This document shows, piece by piece, positions 9,395 through 18,597 of a stretch of 64,000 nt of DNA (positions are counted from its first letter, which is position 1; every line of letters starts with the position of its first letter). The notes below the pieces were generated by a model. That model saw only the letters and a list, made by a program, of their open reading frames with translations, was not told where the DNA came from and did not search any database. Origin of the DNA: a virus (lineage: Duplodnaviria > Caudoviricetes); IMG/VR virus record IMGVR_UViG_2551306228_000004, positions 1 through 64,000 of that record. One strand, given 5' to 3'. Position numbers and translations under genes: made by a program.

Positions 9395-9413
9395 ATGAGT
9401 AAATCGTGCAAAA
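9395..9413 (-). promoter_or_regulatory. Putative response-regulator box upstream of lanA
   Basis: TTTTGCACGATTTACTCAT 21 bp upstream of TATACT. Confidence 0.65.
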
Positions 9414-9661
9414 ATTTCAATCAATCTAGTACCAATTTAGCTACTACAATCCTCCAGTAAGCATCAAATGTTGACACGTTTTTAAATTATAAGAAAAATT
9501 CTATTGAATTAGATGTTTTTCTATCATACTATTCTTTTCCATCTTCATAAAGTCACGACTGTAACTCTATACATTATTCCCTCCTCATATTTTAGCTCTC
9601 TCTCAATATTTATAAAAAAAGCTATTAGTGCTAAAAACTATCGGAAAATATTAACAATGAG

Positions 9662-10047
9662 TTAGCATATGACAATTACTTGGTCAGCTAAAATAATATC
9701 AAACTCTTTGACCTGCTCTAGCTTCTCATTTAACTTTTGAAAAGACTCTTGCAAGTCTTCATAACCTAACTTATCCTTATCTTGTCTCACGGTATTTCTA
9801 TTAGAAATAAGTTGAAATTGGTCAATAGAAGGAACCTCACCTTATTTCTCAAAATAGCCTATCAAAAAATTGAACATCTCAGAGATTTTCTGTGAAAGGT
9901 CATGGGTAAGAGAAAATTTTAATATATCTCAATTACTCATTTAGCAAATTACTTTCGAAAGTATTCCTCGCTATAGGATTGACGCTTATCCAACTGCTTG
10001 CTTCGAATAACGTGCTTCATAGGCGTATCCGTCATCAAAAATCAAGA
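9662..10047 (-). pseudogene. Degenerate fragment of a second Tn5252-type relaxase
   Basis: S*FLMTDTPMKHVIRSKQLDKRQSYSEEYFRK*FAK*VIEIY*NFLL aligns with SRFMMTDRAMTKPIRGRQLSKRDLYDEDFFRTHFAKQEIESRLEFLL of the adjacent relaxase; second block DKDKLGYEDLQESFQKLNEKLEQVKEFDI aligns with DKDKVSTEEIEEAFETFKEKRDAVHEFEV. Confidence 0.75.
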
Positions 10048-10089
10048 AAATCTTTATTTGATTCTGAATTTTTAGAGAGACTCTTATAT

Positions 10090-11955
10090 TTACTCTACCT
10101 GAAAATCATCTCGTAAGTTATGACTCTGTTCTTTATCAGTGTTTAATAATTTCACAAACGTATCCAATTTCCTAGCTAGTCCCTCATACTCATCAAGATA
10201 ATGTCCTAGGTCCTCTTGCAATACTCGTATTTCTTCAGTCACTTGTTCTAGTGTAATGGATTCTGTTAAATTCAGTTTTGAAAAATCATACCTTGCTAGT
10301 TTTCGACTATTCGAATCTTCATTCTTTAGGTTGATAAGCACTTCCGCCATTTTATTCAAGGTGGCGATTTTTTCATTGGTTTGATTTAGTTTGACATCTA
10401 GCTCTGCTATTTCTGCGACCAGTTCGTCTTTAACGTCTTGGTATCTTTTGTCTGTCTCTGTTAACTTAATCAAGAGGTTAATCTCAGAAATCTTTTCTTG
10501 AAGTCTTTTAACAGTCGGTCGTCTGTATGGTATTGCTCGACTATCGTTGGTTAGCTGTCTAATCAAGGTTCGTCCTTTTATATACTGATTCTTATCCGAA
10601 TGTTCTTTGTTATAGATAAAGTATGAGGTTGTCTCACGGATATAGACTTTATATTTTGTCTGATTCTCTTCTTCAAGAATATCTAATTGATAGTTGGGAA
10701 TGAAAATAAGACCACTCTGCTTTACACCAAAAGACACCTTGATATAAACGCCCTCATCAACTAACTTCTCTATTTGGTGTCCTGCAAGTTCCACTTCAAA
10801 TTCGTGAACGGCATCTCGTTTTTCCTTAAATGTCTCAAAGGCTTCCTCAATCTCTTCAGTGGATACTTTATCCTTATCACGTTCTTCTTGAAAAGCATGA
10901 TATTGTTCTCGAAGACTTTCAACTACTTCTGAGGAAACCAACTCCTTATCTTCAAAATAATTCTGAAAAAAGGCAGCATCATACAACTTTTTCTCACTTA
11001 TTTTTTTATGACTCAGACTTATCTGCTTGCCATTTTCTTCAAGAGTAAAGACAACATTTTTTTGCTTCAAGTCAATGGTTAGATTCAATTCTTTCGCTTT
11101 TGTCAGTAATGCTTCTAAAGAATTGACACGCCCCAAAAGAAATTCTAATCGACTTTCAATCTCTTGCTTGGCAAAATGTGTACGAAAAAAGTCTTCATCA
11201 TATAAATCTCGTTTACTGAGTTGGCGTCCTCGAATTGGCTTTGTCATAGCTCTATCTGTCATCATGAATCGACTATGCTTCTGACTAAAATCAATATGAA
11301 CATGTAACTGCTCTGCTTTTTCCAAAAAATCATCAAAGGACTTTGAGTGCTGCATCAAAAAATAAAGACGTTGCTTCAATTCAAATTTATGACTAGACTG
11401 CCTATATTTTTGATAGTCACGGTAAGAAAAACGCTTCTCAATAATTTTCGCTCCAGCCATTTTAGAAATGCGATCTGAAATCATGCGAAGGTTTCGTTCC
11501 AAGGCATAATTCCATATCAACTTTTTATCTGAATTGCGGTCAATAGCATTGATTAGGATGTGATTATGAACATGATCTTTGTCTGTATGAGTTGCTACGA
11601 TAAACTTAAAGCGACCTCCTGTTAATTCCATCATGGTCTCATAACCAATGCGGTTTATTTCTTCAGGTGTCAGATTATCCTCGGGAGAAAATGATTGGAT
11701 GAGATGATGGGCATGAATATTTTGCTGGTGTTTTTCTTGTCGGTCATTTCTAGATTCGTACAACTTGTCGTTATTGGTAAAGTTGACATTGTACATTTCT
11801 ACCATTTCTTCATAGCTAGGAAAGTCTAAGTAATTGCTCATGCCAAAATCAGATACCAATTTCAAATTGTCCGTTTTATTGGGATTGAGGATATACTTAA
11901 TCAGACGCCTACGATATTTTTTTCCGTGTGTCGCAAAATGTTTAGTGACTACCAT
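10090..11955 (-). CDS. Conjugative relaxase (Tn5252-type, MOBP)
   Basis: YILNP catalytic Tyr, HLIQSFSP, ATHTDKDHVHNHILIN HUH motif. Confidence 0.95.
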   Translation of the reverse strand: MVVTKHFATHGKKYRRRLIKYILNPNKTDNLKLVSDFGMSNYLDFPSYEEMVEMYNVNFTNNDKLYESRNDRQEKHQQNIHAHHLIQSFSPEDNLTPEEINRIGYETMMELTGGRFKFIVATHTDKDHVHNHILINAIDRNSDKKLIWNYALERNLRMISDRISKMAGAKIIEKRFSYRDYQKYRQSSHKFELKQRLYFLMQHSKSFDDFLEKAEQLHVHIDFSQKHSRFMMTDRAMTKPIRGRQLSKRDLYDEDFFRTHFAKQEIESRLEFLLGRVNSLEALLTKAKELNLTIDLKQKNVVFTLEENGKQISLSHKKISEKKLYDAAFFQNYFEDKELVSSEVVESLREQYHAFQEERDKDKVSTEEIEEAFETFKEKRDAVHEFEVELAGHQIEKLVDEGVYIKVSFGVKQSGLIFIPNYQLDILEEENQTKYKVYIRETTSYFIYNKEHSDKNQYIKGRTLIRQLTNDSRAIPYRRPTVKRLQEKISEINLLIKLTETDKRYQDVKDELVAEIAELDVKLNQTNEKIATLNKMAEVLINLKNEDSNSRKLARYDFSKLNLTESITLEQVTEEIRVLQEDLGHYLDEYEGLARKLDTFVKLLNTDKEQSHNLRDDFQVE

Positions 11956-12307
11956 GAAACTCCTTCAGTCTTTTCACTTCCACTTGAAATTCTTTCTCCA
12001 CTCCAGTAATCAACTCACTAACTCCCTTTCTTAATTCTTGTAACTGTTCTTGAGAAATCAGATGGCTTTGGTTAATAGCACGCGCAATTTGATTAATGTT
12101 ATTTCCGATCCGTCTCAATTCAAACACAAGCTGGTCATAAGTATCCGTGTTAATTGTGAGAAAGGACATATTAGGATTAAGCAACACTTTTCTAGCATAG
12201 ACTGAGAAATTTTGACAGTGACTCTTAGCAATTCGTTCATTCAATTGATGTAATTCTGAATCTGTTAGAAATACTTTTTTGAGATTGGTACGATAACGAT
12301 AGACCAT
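11942..12307 (-). CDS. mobC: MobC relaxosome accessory protein
   Basis: ELRRIGNNINQIAR motif; overlaps relaxase start. Confidence 0.93.
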   Translation of the reverse strand: MVYRYRTNLKKVFLTDSELHQLNERIAKSHCQNFSVYARKVLLNPNMSFLTINTDTYDQLVFELRRIGNNINQIARAINQSHLISQEQLQELRKGVSELITGVEKEFQVEVKRLKEFHGSH

Positions 12308-12316
12308 AGTAGCCTC

Positions 12317-12676
12317 CTATCTCATGTATTTTTCACGAAACTCACGACTGAGTGGCTGTACTTGATTGACTTCCGCAATCAATTCTTGAACGCAGGTCAA
12401 TAAGATTGAAACGTGCTCTTGCGTCACTTGGTAATTTTCTCTTGCGACAACTAGAACTTCATGCACATCTCGACTAATTTGTTCAAACTTTTGAGACTGC
12501 CAAAAGGAAAACCATTCTTTGGCAGCTAACTGTTTGTCGTCAGTCATCAAAATTTTATCCCTGACGAATGGTGAAAAGTGACGATAATTATCAACCTCCA
12601 TCATTTTTTCAATCTGTTTTAGCTCATCTGCGGTTAGATTTACCTCTTTTCGAATGTCACGGTACTGTTCAGACAT
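12317..12676 (-). CDS. Relaxosome accessory protein (Tn5252 Orf10-like, RHH)
   Basis: Conserved position before mobC; MobC-like N-terminus. Confidence 0.75.
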   Translation of the reverse strand: MSEQYRDIRKEVNLTADELKQIEKMMEVDNYRHFSPFVRDKILMTDDKQLAAKEWFSFWQSQKFEQISRDVHEVLVVARENYQVTQEHVSILLTCVQELIAEVNQVQPLSREFREKYMR

Positions 12677-12699
12677 CTATTTCCCTCACTTTCATCCTT

Positions 12700-12910
12700 T
12701 CTCGGGTAAACCCCGACCCCGTGTGTCATACGGGAAATTTCTTAAAGTCCTTGTTCGGTCTTTGCGAGCTCAGATATTGTGGACACAATATCCCAAAAAT
12801 CATATCGCTAGCTGACGAAAACCTTCCAGTTTTGACAGCCAACGATAAGATAACTTGGTGGCTCCGCCCCCAAACCCCCATTAGAAAATCGAGACTTGAT
12901 TTTCTTAGGA
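12700..12910. other. Putative ICE oriT region
   Basis: Non-coding, upstream of the mob operon, with inverted repeats GATATTGTG-ga-CACAATATC, CCGTGTG/CATACGG, AGAAAATCGAG/CTTGATTTTCT and C-rich tracts. Confidence 0.55.
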
Positions 12911-12918
12911 ATGATATT

Positions 12919-12951
12919 AGGATAATAGAGGTGATTTGGAAAAGGTATCAC
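12919..12951 (-). promoter_or_regulatory. ICE transfer-operon promoter motif copy 1 (mob operon)
   Basis: GTGATA-CCTTTTC-CAAA-N10-TATCCT. Confidence 0.55.
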
Positions 12952-12998
12952 AAAGTTGATATAATACTTTTATAGGAATATTTTCAAAGAGGTGCATT

Positions 12999-14774
12999 AT
13001 GTCCAAATCATCTAAACAAATTGAAGAAGATGCTATCGATCATTTAAAAATGGCGTTAAAAAAATCAAAACACATTAACAGAGAAATTTCTGAGGGAGAT
13101 AAAGAACCAATCTGGGATGGTCACATATACTTTTACAAAGATATAGAAAGACGAAATATTGATTTTTTGGAGCGAATTCCTGTTCAGGTTAAAGGTTGTG
13201 ATGATTATTATAACGAAAATGTTGGATACCCTATAAGCAGGATAAATTTGGAGCATTATCTTACTGAAGGTGGTGTGCTCTACTTTGTAGTGTATTTGAA
13301 AGACGATAGTCCTACTGTCACTTATGCTTCTCTAACACCAAAAGTCATTAAGAACGTTTTGCTAGCTAGTGACAAGAAAAAGAAAAGAATTAAGAAAAAA
13401 GGAGATATTAAGAATATCTCAATTCGCATGAAGCCTCTCCCTACCACGGAAAATGAATTGAATTTTCTATTTCTCAATTTTATTCAAAAACGCAAATACC
13501 AGAAAGGATTCGCTCATATTGATTGGAGAAGTCAAGAATCTATCTTCAAAAATTCAGAATCATTTGACGGAGAATTGGAGTTCAAATTTATCGGTAAAGA
13601 TTATCTAGCAATCCTTGATAATGCCATAGCAGGTGAACTAGATCTTTATTACAAACCTAAAGGAGCTTCAATTCCTGAACCTCTAATAGATGAAATAGCT
13701 GAATTACAATTATTTGAAGAAAAAGAAATGCGAGTCCAGATTCAGGGAAAAGAACGACTTTATAAAACTACTTTAAATTACAGAACCAGAAACGACTATA
13801 CAGTAGATTTTAAAAATGGTTGCTCAATAAAAATTGAAGAACGTCCTGATTCAGTAAAACTCACGCTTAATTACTCATTATCTAATACTCTTTCAAAAAG
13901 ACTCGATGGATTGGAATTTATTCTAGAAATATACAAAAATCAAGGGATTACAATAAATGAAAAAAAACTTAACTTTAGTAAGGAAAATATAGCTAAAATA
14001 GATTTTGACTTTCTTAATGAGGCACTTCATGCAAATATTCGTTTGAAAGAATTAGTAGATGAACTAAAAATTTCTAAAGAACTGGACAGTAAAGGTTGGT
14101 CCAAAAATGACTCTCGAACTATAAAAATCTTGTACGATGGCCTTATCAATAAAAAAATAGTTTCCCTAGATCGTGCAGATTATAACATTATCCAAGTCAT
14201 TCCATTTGCTAATGTACATGTACTACTGTTTTTAATACCAGAAAGGGAGAATTCTAAAAATTATAGAATATACAACTACAGTGATTATGATATGGTATTA
14301 ATCAATGAAGATAGGCAACAATTTTCAAAATATGAAGCAGTTGATTTAGACCAATTGATACTTGTTGATAATTTTAATATTGATGACTACATTTCATCAT
14401 ATTTAACAATAAAGGATACAGAGAATCTGGATCTTGGTCTTTTAAAGTTGATAAACTATGCTGATAATAAAAGTGATAGAAATATTTTACAAACCTGTTT
14501 AGAATTTGCTCAAAAAATTGTAGAATCAGATGAATCTGAAAATAGTATTCTCAATTTACTACAAATAAAAAAACGATTAAACATATTAACACAGATGGAC
14601 AGTGACTATCTTCACTCTCTAATGAATCAAAGTTCGGTAGAAATTAGGTTTGCTGCAGCCTGTATTCTAGGTAACAAAGAACAAGCCAGATATTTATTCG
14701 ATAAAGAATTCTCTAATGAACAAAAAGAACGATTTCTGGAATATCCGATTTATTACCTCCTTAGCCTAGACTAA
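12999..14774 (+). CDS. DUF4365-like PD-(D/E)xK nuclease-domain protein (possible defence factor)
   Basis: N-terminal DKEPIWDGHIYFY...RIPVQVKG; AT-rich, opposite strand to backbone. Confidence 0.65.
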   Translation: MSKSSKQIEEDAIDHLKMALKKSKHINREISEGDKEPIWDGHIYFYKDIERRNIDFLERIPVQVKGCDDYYNENVGYPISRINLEHYLTEGGVLYFVVYLKDDSPTVTYASLTPKVIKNVLLASDKKKKRIKKKGDIKNISIRMKPLPTTENELNFLFLNFIQKRKYQKGFAHIDWRSQESIFKNSESFDGELEFKFIGKDYLAILDNAIAGELDLYYKPKGASIPEPLIDEIAELQLFEEKEMRVQIQGKERLYKTTLNYRTRNDYTVDFKNGCSIKIEERPDSVKLTLNYSLSNTLSKRLDGLEFILEIYKNQGITINEKKLNFSKENIAKIDFDFLNEALHANIRLKELVDELKISKELDSKGWSKNDSRTIKILYDGLINKKIVSLDRADYNIIQVIPFANVHVLLFLIPERENSKNYRIYNYSDYDMVLINEDRQQFSKYEAVDLDQLILVDNFNIDDYISSYLTIKDTENLDLGLLKLINYADNKSDRNILQTCLEFAQKIVESDESENSILNLLQIKKRLNILTQMDSDYLHSLMNQSSVEIRFAAACILGNKEQARYLFDKEFSNEQKERFLEYPIYYLLSLD

Positions 14775-14889
14775 TAAGTTTTAACTATTACGTTAAGTTA
14801 GAGAAAACATTTTACAATTGTTTTCTCTAATTTTCTTTTTTTAGTTTAAGATTAATAAATAATATTTTTCGCACAAAAATTTTTACCAC

Positions 14890-14940
14890 TTGCATCTTAA
14901 ATCTTTTATGATATAATTTTGTTAGTTTATAAAACAACAA
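14890..14940 (+). promoter_or_regulatory. Promoter and probable operator of the hdiR-umuC cassette
   Basis: TTGCAT-N16-TATAAT with TG extension, followed by imperfect inverted repeat TTGTTAGTTT-AT-AAAACAACAA. Confidence 0.55.
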
Positions 14941-14958
14941 TAGTTTTCAGGAGGTAGT

Positions 14959-15651
14959 ATGTTTTCTGGTAAACGATTAAAAGAAAGACGAATAACACTT
15001 GGCTATTCTCAATCTGAACTAGCAGATAAACTTGATATAAACCGCTCTTCATATTTCAATTGGGAAAATGAAAAGACTAAACCAAACCAAAGCAATCTCA
15101 AACAACTGGCTATCCTATTAGATGTTCCTGAAACATATTTTGAGTCAGAATATAAAATAGTCAATACCTATCTTCAGCTTTCTTTACAGAATCAGGAAAA
15201 GGTAGAGAAATATGCTGAAGAATTGCTTCAAACTCAAAAGGTTCATGAAAAGATTGTGCCGTTGTTTGCTGTGGAAGTACTATCAGAAATTCAACTATCT
15301 GCTGGTCCAGGTGAAGGTCTCTACGATGAATTTGAAACTGAGACTGTCTATTCGGAAGATGAATATACAGGATTCGATATAGCAACATGGATTTCTGGTA
15401 ATTCTATGGAACCTGTTTATAAAGACGGTGAAGTTGCTTTAATCAGGTCAACTGGTTTTGATTACGATGGAGCTGTTTATGCCTTGAATTGGAATGGATC
15501 GCTCTATATCAAGAAACTCTATCGTGAGGAAGATGGCTTTAGAATGGTTTCCATCAATCCAGATGTTGCTGAAAGGTTTATCCCATTTGAAGATGAAATC
15601 AGAATTGTTGGCAAGGTTGTAGGGCACTTCATGCCTGTGATTGGAGGGTAG
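14959..15651 (+). CDS. hdiR: XRE-HTH + S24 peptidase self-cleaving repressor (HdiR/LexA/CI-like)
   Basis: N-terminal HTH, Ala-Gly cleavage site (LSAGPG), GNSMEP Ser, YIKKL Lys. Confidence 0.88.
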   Translation: MFSGKRLKERRITLGYSQSELADKLDINRSSYFNWENEKTKPNQSNLKQLAILLDVPETYFESEYKIVNTYLQLSLQNQEKVEKYAEELLQTQKVHEKIVPLFAVEVLSEIQLSAGPGEGLYDEFETETVYSEDEYTGFDIATWISGNSMEPVYKDGEVALIRSTGFDYDGAVYALNWNGSLYIKKLYREEDGFRMVSINPDVAERFIPFEDEIRIVGKVVGHFMPVIGG

Positions 15652-15654
15652 GAG

Positions 15655-15790
15655 ATGTCAAAGTTTGTTAAAGAAATGATTTACCTCAAGGAAGACCGCA
15701 TTATCTTATCTCTTGAAAAAAAAAGAATACGACGTAACAGACCATCTGACAGAATTGGTCGATGAACTAGCAAAACTAAAAACAAGGTGA
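15655..15790 (+). pseudogene. Small gene, apparently frameshifted in an A9 tract
   Basis: GGAGG RBS + ATG at 15655; stops at about 15765 as written, but with A8 it runs to TGA 15788-15790 at the umuC RBS. Confidence 0.5.
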
Positions 15791-15795
15791 ATAGT

Positions 15796-17211
15796 ATGGG
15801 CTATATCGACTATTCAAAAGAACCACGTAGCGATATTGCTTTTGTTGATATGAAATCCTTCTACGCATCCATCGAATGTGTTGAGAGAGGACTTCACCCG
15901 CTCCATACTTCACTTTGTGTCATGAGTAGGGCTGACAACTCTTCTGGTCTAATTTTAGCCTCTTCTCCAATGTTCAAAAAAGTATTTGGTAAAGGAAATG
16001 TCGGTAGAGCCTACGACCTCCCCTTTGATGTTCAGACAAGAAAATTTAACTACTACCGTGCTAAAATCTCAGGATTACCAACGGATGCAAAATTTGTTTC
16101 CTTCATAGAAAATTGGGCCAAGCGTACATTTATAGTGCCACCCAGGATGGACTTGTACATTCAAAAAAATCTTGAAATACAAAAAGTATTTCAAAATTAT
16201 GCAGATCCGACAGATATTCTGCCCTATTCTATTGATGAAGGATTTATCGACTTAACTTCATCGCTAAATTATTTTGTTGAAGACAAATCTCTGAGTCGCA
16301 AAGATAAGTTGGATGTGGTTTCAGCAAAAATTCAACACGATATTTGGGAAAAAACGGGTGTCTATTCAACTGTTGGAATGAGTAATGCCAATCCACTTCT
16401 AGCTAAGTTAGCACTTGATAACGAAGCTAAAAACACTGCTACCATGCGTACCAATTGGTCCTATGAAGATGTTGAAACAAAGGTCTGGAACATTCCGAAA
16501 ATGACTGACTTTTGGGGAATAGGTTCACGAACAGAAAAACGACTAAACAAATTGGGAATCTACAGCATTAAAGAATTGGCCAACTGTGACCCTACTATCT
16601 TGAAAAAAGAATTTGGGATAATTGGCGTGCAACATTGGTTTCATGCTAATGGTATTGATGAAAGTAATGTCCATGAACCCTATCGACCGAAAGAGGTTGG
16701 GATTGGTAATTCACAAGTACTTCACAAAGACTATACACGTCAAAGCGATATAGAGCTTGTCCTACGTGAAATGGCAGAGCAAGTTGCGATTCGGCTACGC
16801 AGAAGGCACAAAAAAGCAACCGTAGTTGCCATAAATGTAGGCTATTCAAACTTCGAAAACAAGAAATCAATCAATGTACAAAGAAAAATTGACCCCAATA
16901 ATCGTACGCTTGTTTTTCAAGATGAAGTTGTTTCTCTCTTTCGTTCAAAATACGATGGAGGGGCAGTTAGAAGCATTGCTGTAAGGTACGATAGATTGGT
17001 GGATGAAAACTTTGCTGTGATTTCACTTTTTGATAATTTTGAAGAAAGCGAAAAAGAGGAAAAATTGGAGACAACCATTGATTCCATTCGTGATCGATTT
17101 GGATTTCTTGCTGTACAGAAAGCTAGTTCTTTATTAGAAAATTCAAGGGCAATTGCTCGCAGTAGATTAGTCGGCGGACATTCCGCTGGAGGATTGGAGG
17201 GGTTGAAATGA
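15796..17211 (+). CDS. umuC: Y-family error-prone DNA polymerase (UmuC/ImpB)
   Basis: VDMKSFYASIE and YSIDEGFIDL motifs; C-terminal IDSIRDRFG...GGH. Confidence 0.95.
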   Translation: MGYIDYSKEPRSDIAFVDMKSFYASIECVERGLHPLHTSLCVMSRADNSSGLILASSPMFKKVFGKGNVGRAYDLPFDVQTRKFNYYRAKISGLPTDAKFVSFIENWAKRTFIVPPRMDLYIQKNLEIQKVFQNYADPTDILPYSIDEGFIDLTSSLNYFVEDKSLSRKDKLDVVSAKIQHDIWEKTGVYSTVGMSNANPLLAKLALDNEAKNTATMRTNWSYEDVETKVWNIPKMTDFWGIGSRTEKRLNKLGIYSIKELANCDPTILKKEFGIIGVQHWFHANGIDESNVHEPYRPKEVGIGNSQVLHKDYTRQSDIELVLREMAEQVAIRLRRRHKKATVVAINVGYSNFENKKSINVQRKIDPNNRTLVFQDEVVSLFRSKYDGGAVRSIAVRYDRLVDENFAVISLFDNFEESEKEEKLETTIDSIRDRFGFLAVQKASSLLENSRAIARSRLVGGHSAGGLEGLK

Positions 17212-17558
17212 TTGATAGGAGCTATCTGCCATTTAAGGTAGCAAGAGAATATCAGGATCGGAAGATGGCAAAATGGATGGGATTTTTCTTGTCAGAACAT
17301 ACATCGGGTTTAGAACAAGAACGTAATCGCATTGATTATTCAAGTGAGTTAAGTTTAGCAGATAAACTACTGCTACTCAATCAACTATATAGCCACCAAT
17401 TAACTGGTATTCTGACAGTTCCTGGTAGGACTTATGTAGGGAAAGTAAAGAACTTGACTTTTCAATCGATTTCATTTGAAACAAAAGAAGGCTACTTCAG
17501 TATCCAAATCTCTGATATTCTTGCAATAGACTTGGAGGTAGAGTATGAATCAGCTTGA
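17208..17558 (+). CDS. YolD-like UmuC accessory protein
   Basis: DRKMAKWMGFFLSEH motif, coupled to umuC. Confidence 0.75.
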   Translation: MIDRSYLPFKVAREYQDRKMAKWMGFFLSEHTSGLEQERNRIDYSSELSLADKLLLLNQLYSHQLTGILTVPGRTYVGKVKNLTFQSISFETKEGYFSIQISDILAIDLEVEYESA

Positions 17559-17853
17559 TTTTAATAAGAACCAACTCCAGATGGACTATTTTAGTGACAG
17601 TTACCGAAAATTTGAAGCGGATTTCTATCGCTATTCTGCTCTAGATATACCACTAACATTTTTAACGGATGATATTATGCTTGCCATGGCCAAATCTCAA
17701 AAATCCTATTTCAAATTGAACAAAGAAAACGCTAAAGATTATCAGGACCATTATTTTATGTTCAATGTTGAACCTTCACGAGATAATAATCTAGTTAGGC
17801 TATACTGTTACGATTCAACGATGACACATATTTCAAAAAACAGGCCAAAATAA
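17545..17853 (+). CDS. Conserved hypothetical protein of the umuC cassette
   Basis: Overlapping start, GGAGG RBS. Confidence 0.7.
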   Translation: MNQLDFNKNQLQMDYFSDSYRKFEADFYRYSALDIPLTFLTDDIMLAMAKSQKSYFKLNKENAKDYQDHYFMFNVEPSRDNNLVRLYCYDSTMTHISKNRPK

Positions 17854-17861
17854 TTGGTCTG

Positions 17862-18158
17862 TTATTTGTTATTATTGCTCTCTCGCCTAACTTGTCTAAA
17901 TCTCTCAATGTTTTTTTCGAATTGTTCCATGTTAAGTTTATTTTTCACTTCCTGTATCGACTTATCAAGACTTTGTCCCTCATCGGTTATAACGCTTTGA
18001 GATAATTCAACATTCCTATCAGGCTTAAAATTTGTATCAAAAACCACATCTAGGAGTTGTTCTACTTTGGTTAGTTCAGTATCTGACATCTCAGATAGTC
18101 GATGAATCAGTCGTTTAAATTGATCCTGGTTCTGTTTTTTCTTTTGAAAGAATCTCAT
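17862..18158 (-). CDS. ICE backbone hypothetical protein
   Basis: AAGGAG RBS before MRFFQ; last gene of a three-gene run. Confidence 0.7.
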   Translation of the reverse strand: MRFFQKKKQNQDQFKRLIHRLSEMSDTELTKVEQLLDVVFDTNFKPDRNVELSQSVITDEGQSLDKSIQEVKNKLNMEQFEKNIERFRQVRRESNNNK

Positions 18159-18207
18159 TTTCTTCTCCTTAAATTGTAAAAAGGTAGCCTTCATAGGACT
18201 ACCTGAC

Positions 18208-18597
18208 TTATAAATCATCAATGGCTATTGAAATAGCCTGCAACTTTTTATTTTGGATCTTCTTTTCATCAATCAATTGATGAAGTTCTTCAATTTGTTT
18301 TTGACAAGCGGAAATATCATTGTTGTTTTGTGCAATGGTATCAGCCAAGTGTTGTTTATAGTCACTTGTGATATTTACCTTCTTCGGCTGATTTTGTTTA
18401 ACGGTTGAAGCGAGCGTTTGTACATCTTTAGATTCTGACTCCTTTTGTTGCTGTTCAAAAGCAGCCACATAATCTACTTCTTCAATTGTTTTTTCATCCT
18501 GTTTATGGAAAAGTGCTGCAATTTTTGCTCGTTCTTCATGGGAAGATGTTGGTTTCACATCATCTAGTGGCTGATCAAAATTCCAAGTTTTACTCAT
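18208..18597 (-). CDS. ICE backbone coiled-coil protein
   Basis: 129-aa ORF coupled to the upstream gene. Confidence 0.75.
   Translation of the reverse strand: MSKTWNFDQPLDDVKPTSSHEERAKIAALFHKQDEKTIEEVDYVAAFEQQQKESESKDVQTLASTVKQNQPKKVNITSDYKQHLADTIAQNNNDISACQKQIEELHQLIDEKKIQNKKLQAISIAIDDL

Noticed and set aside
9655-9940. Extra ATGAGT/ACTCAT half-matches to the regulator box
   Set aside because: Lack the TTTTGCAC half and a correctly spaced -10; lie in or beside the relaxase relic
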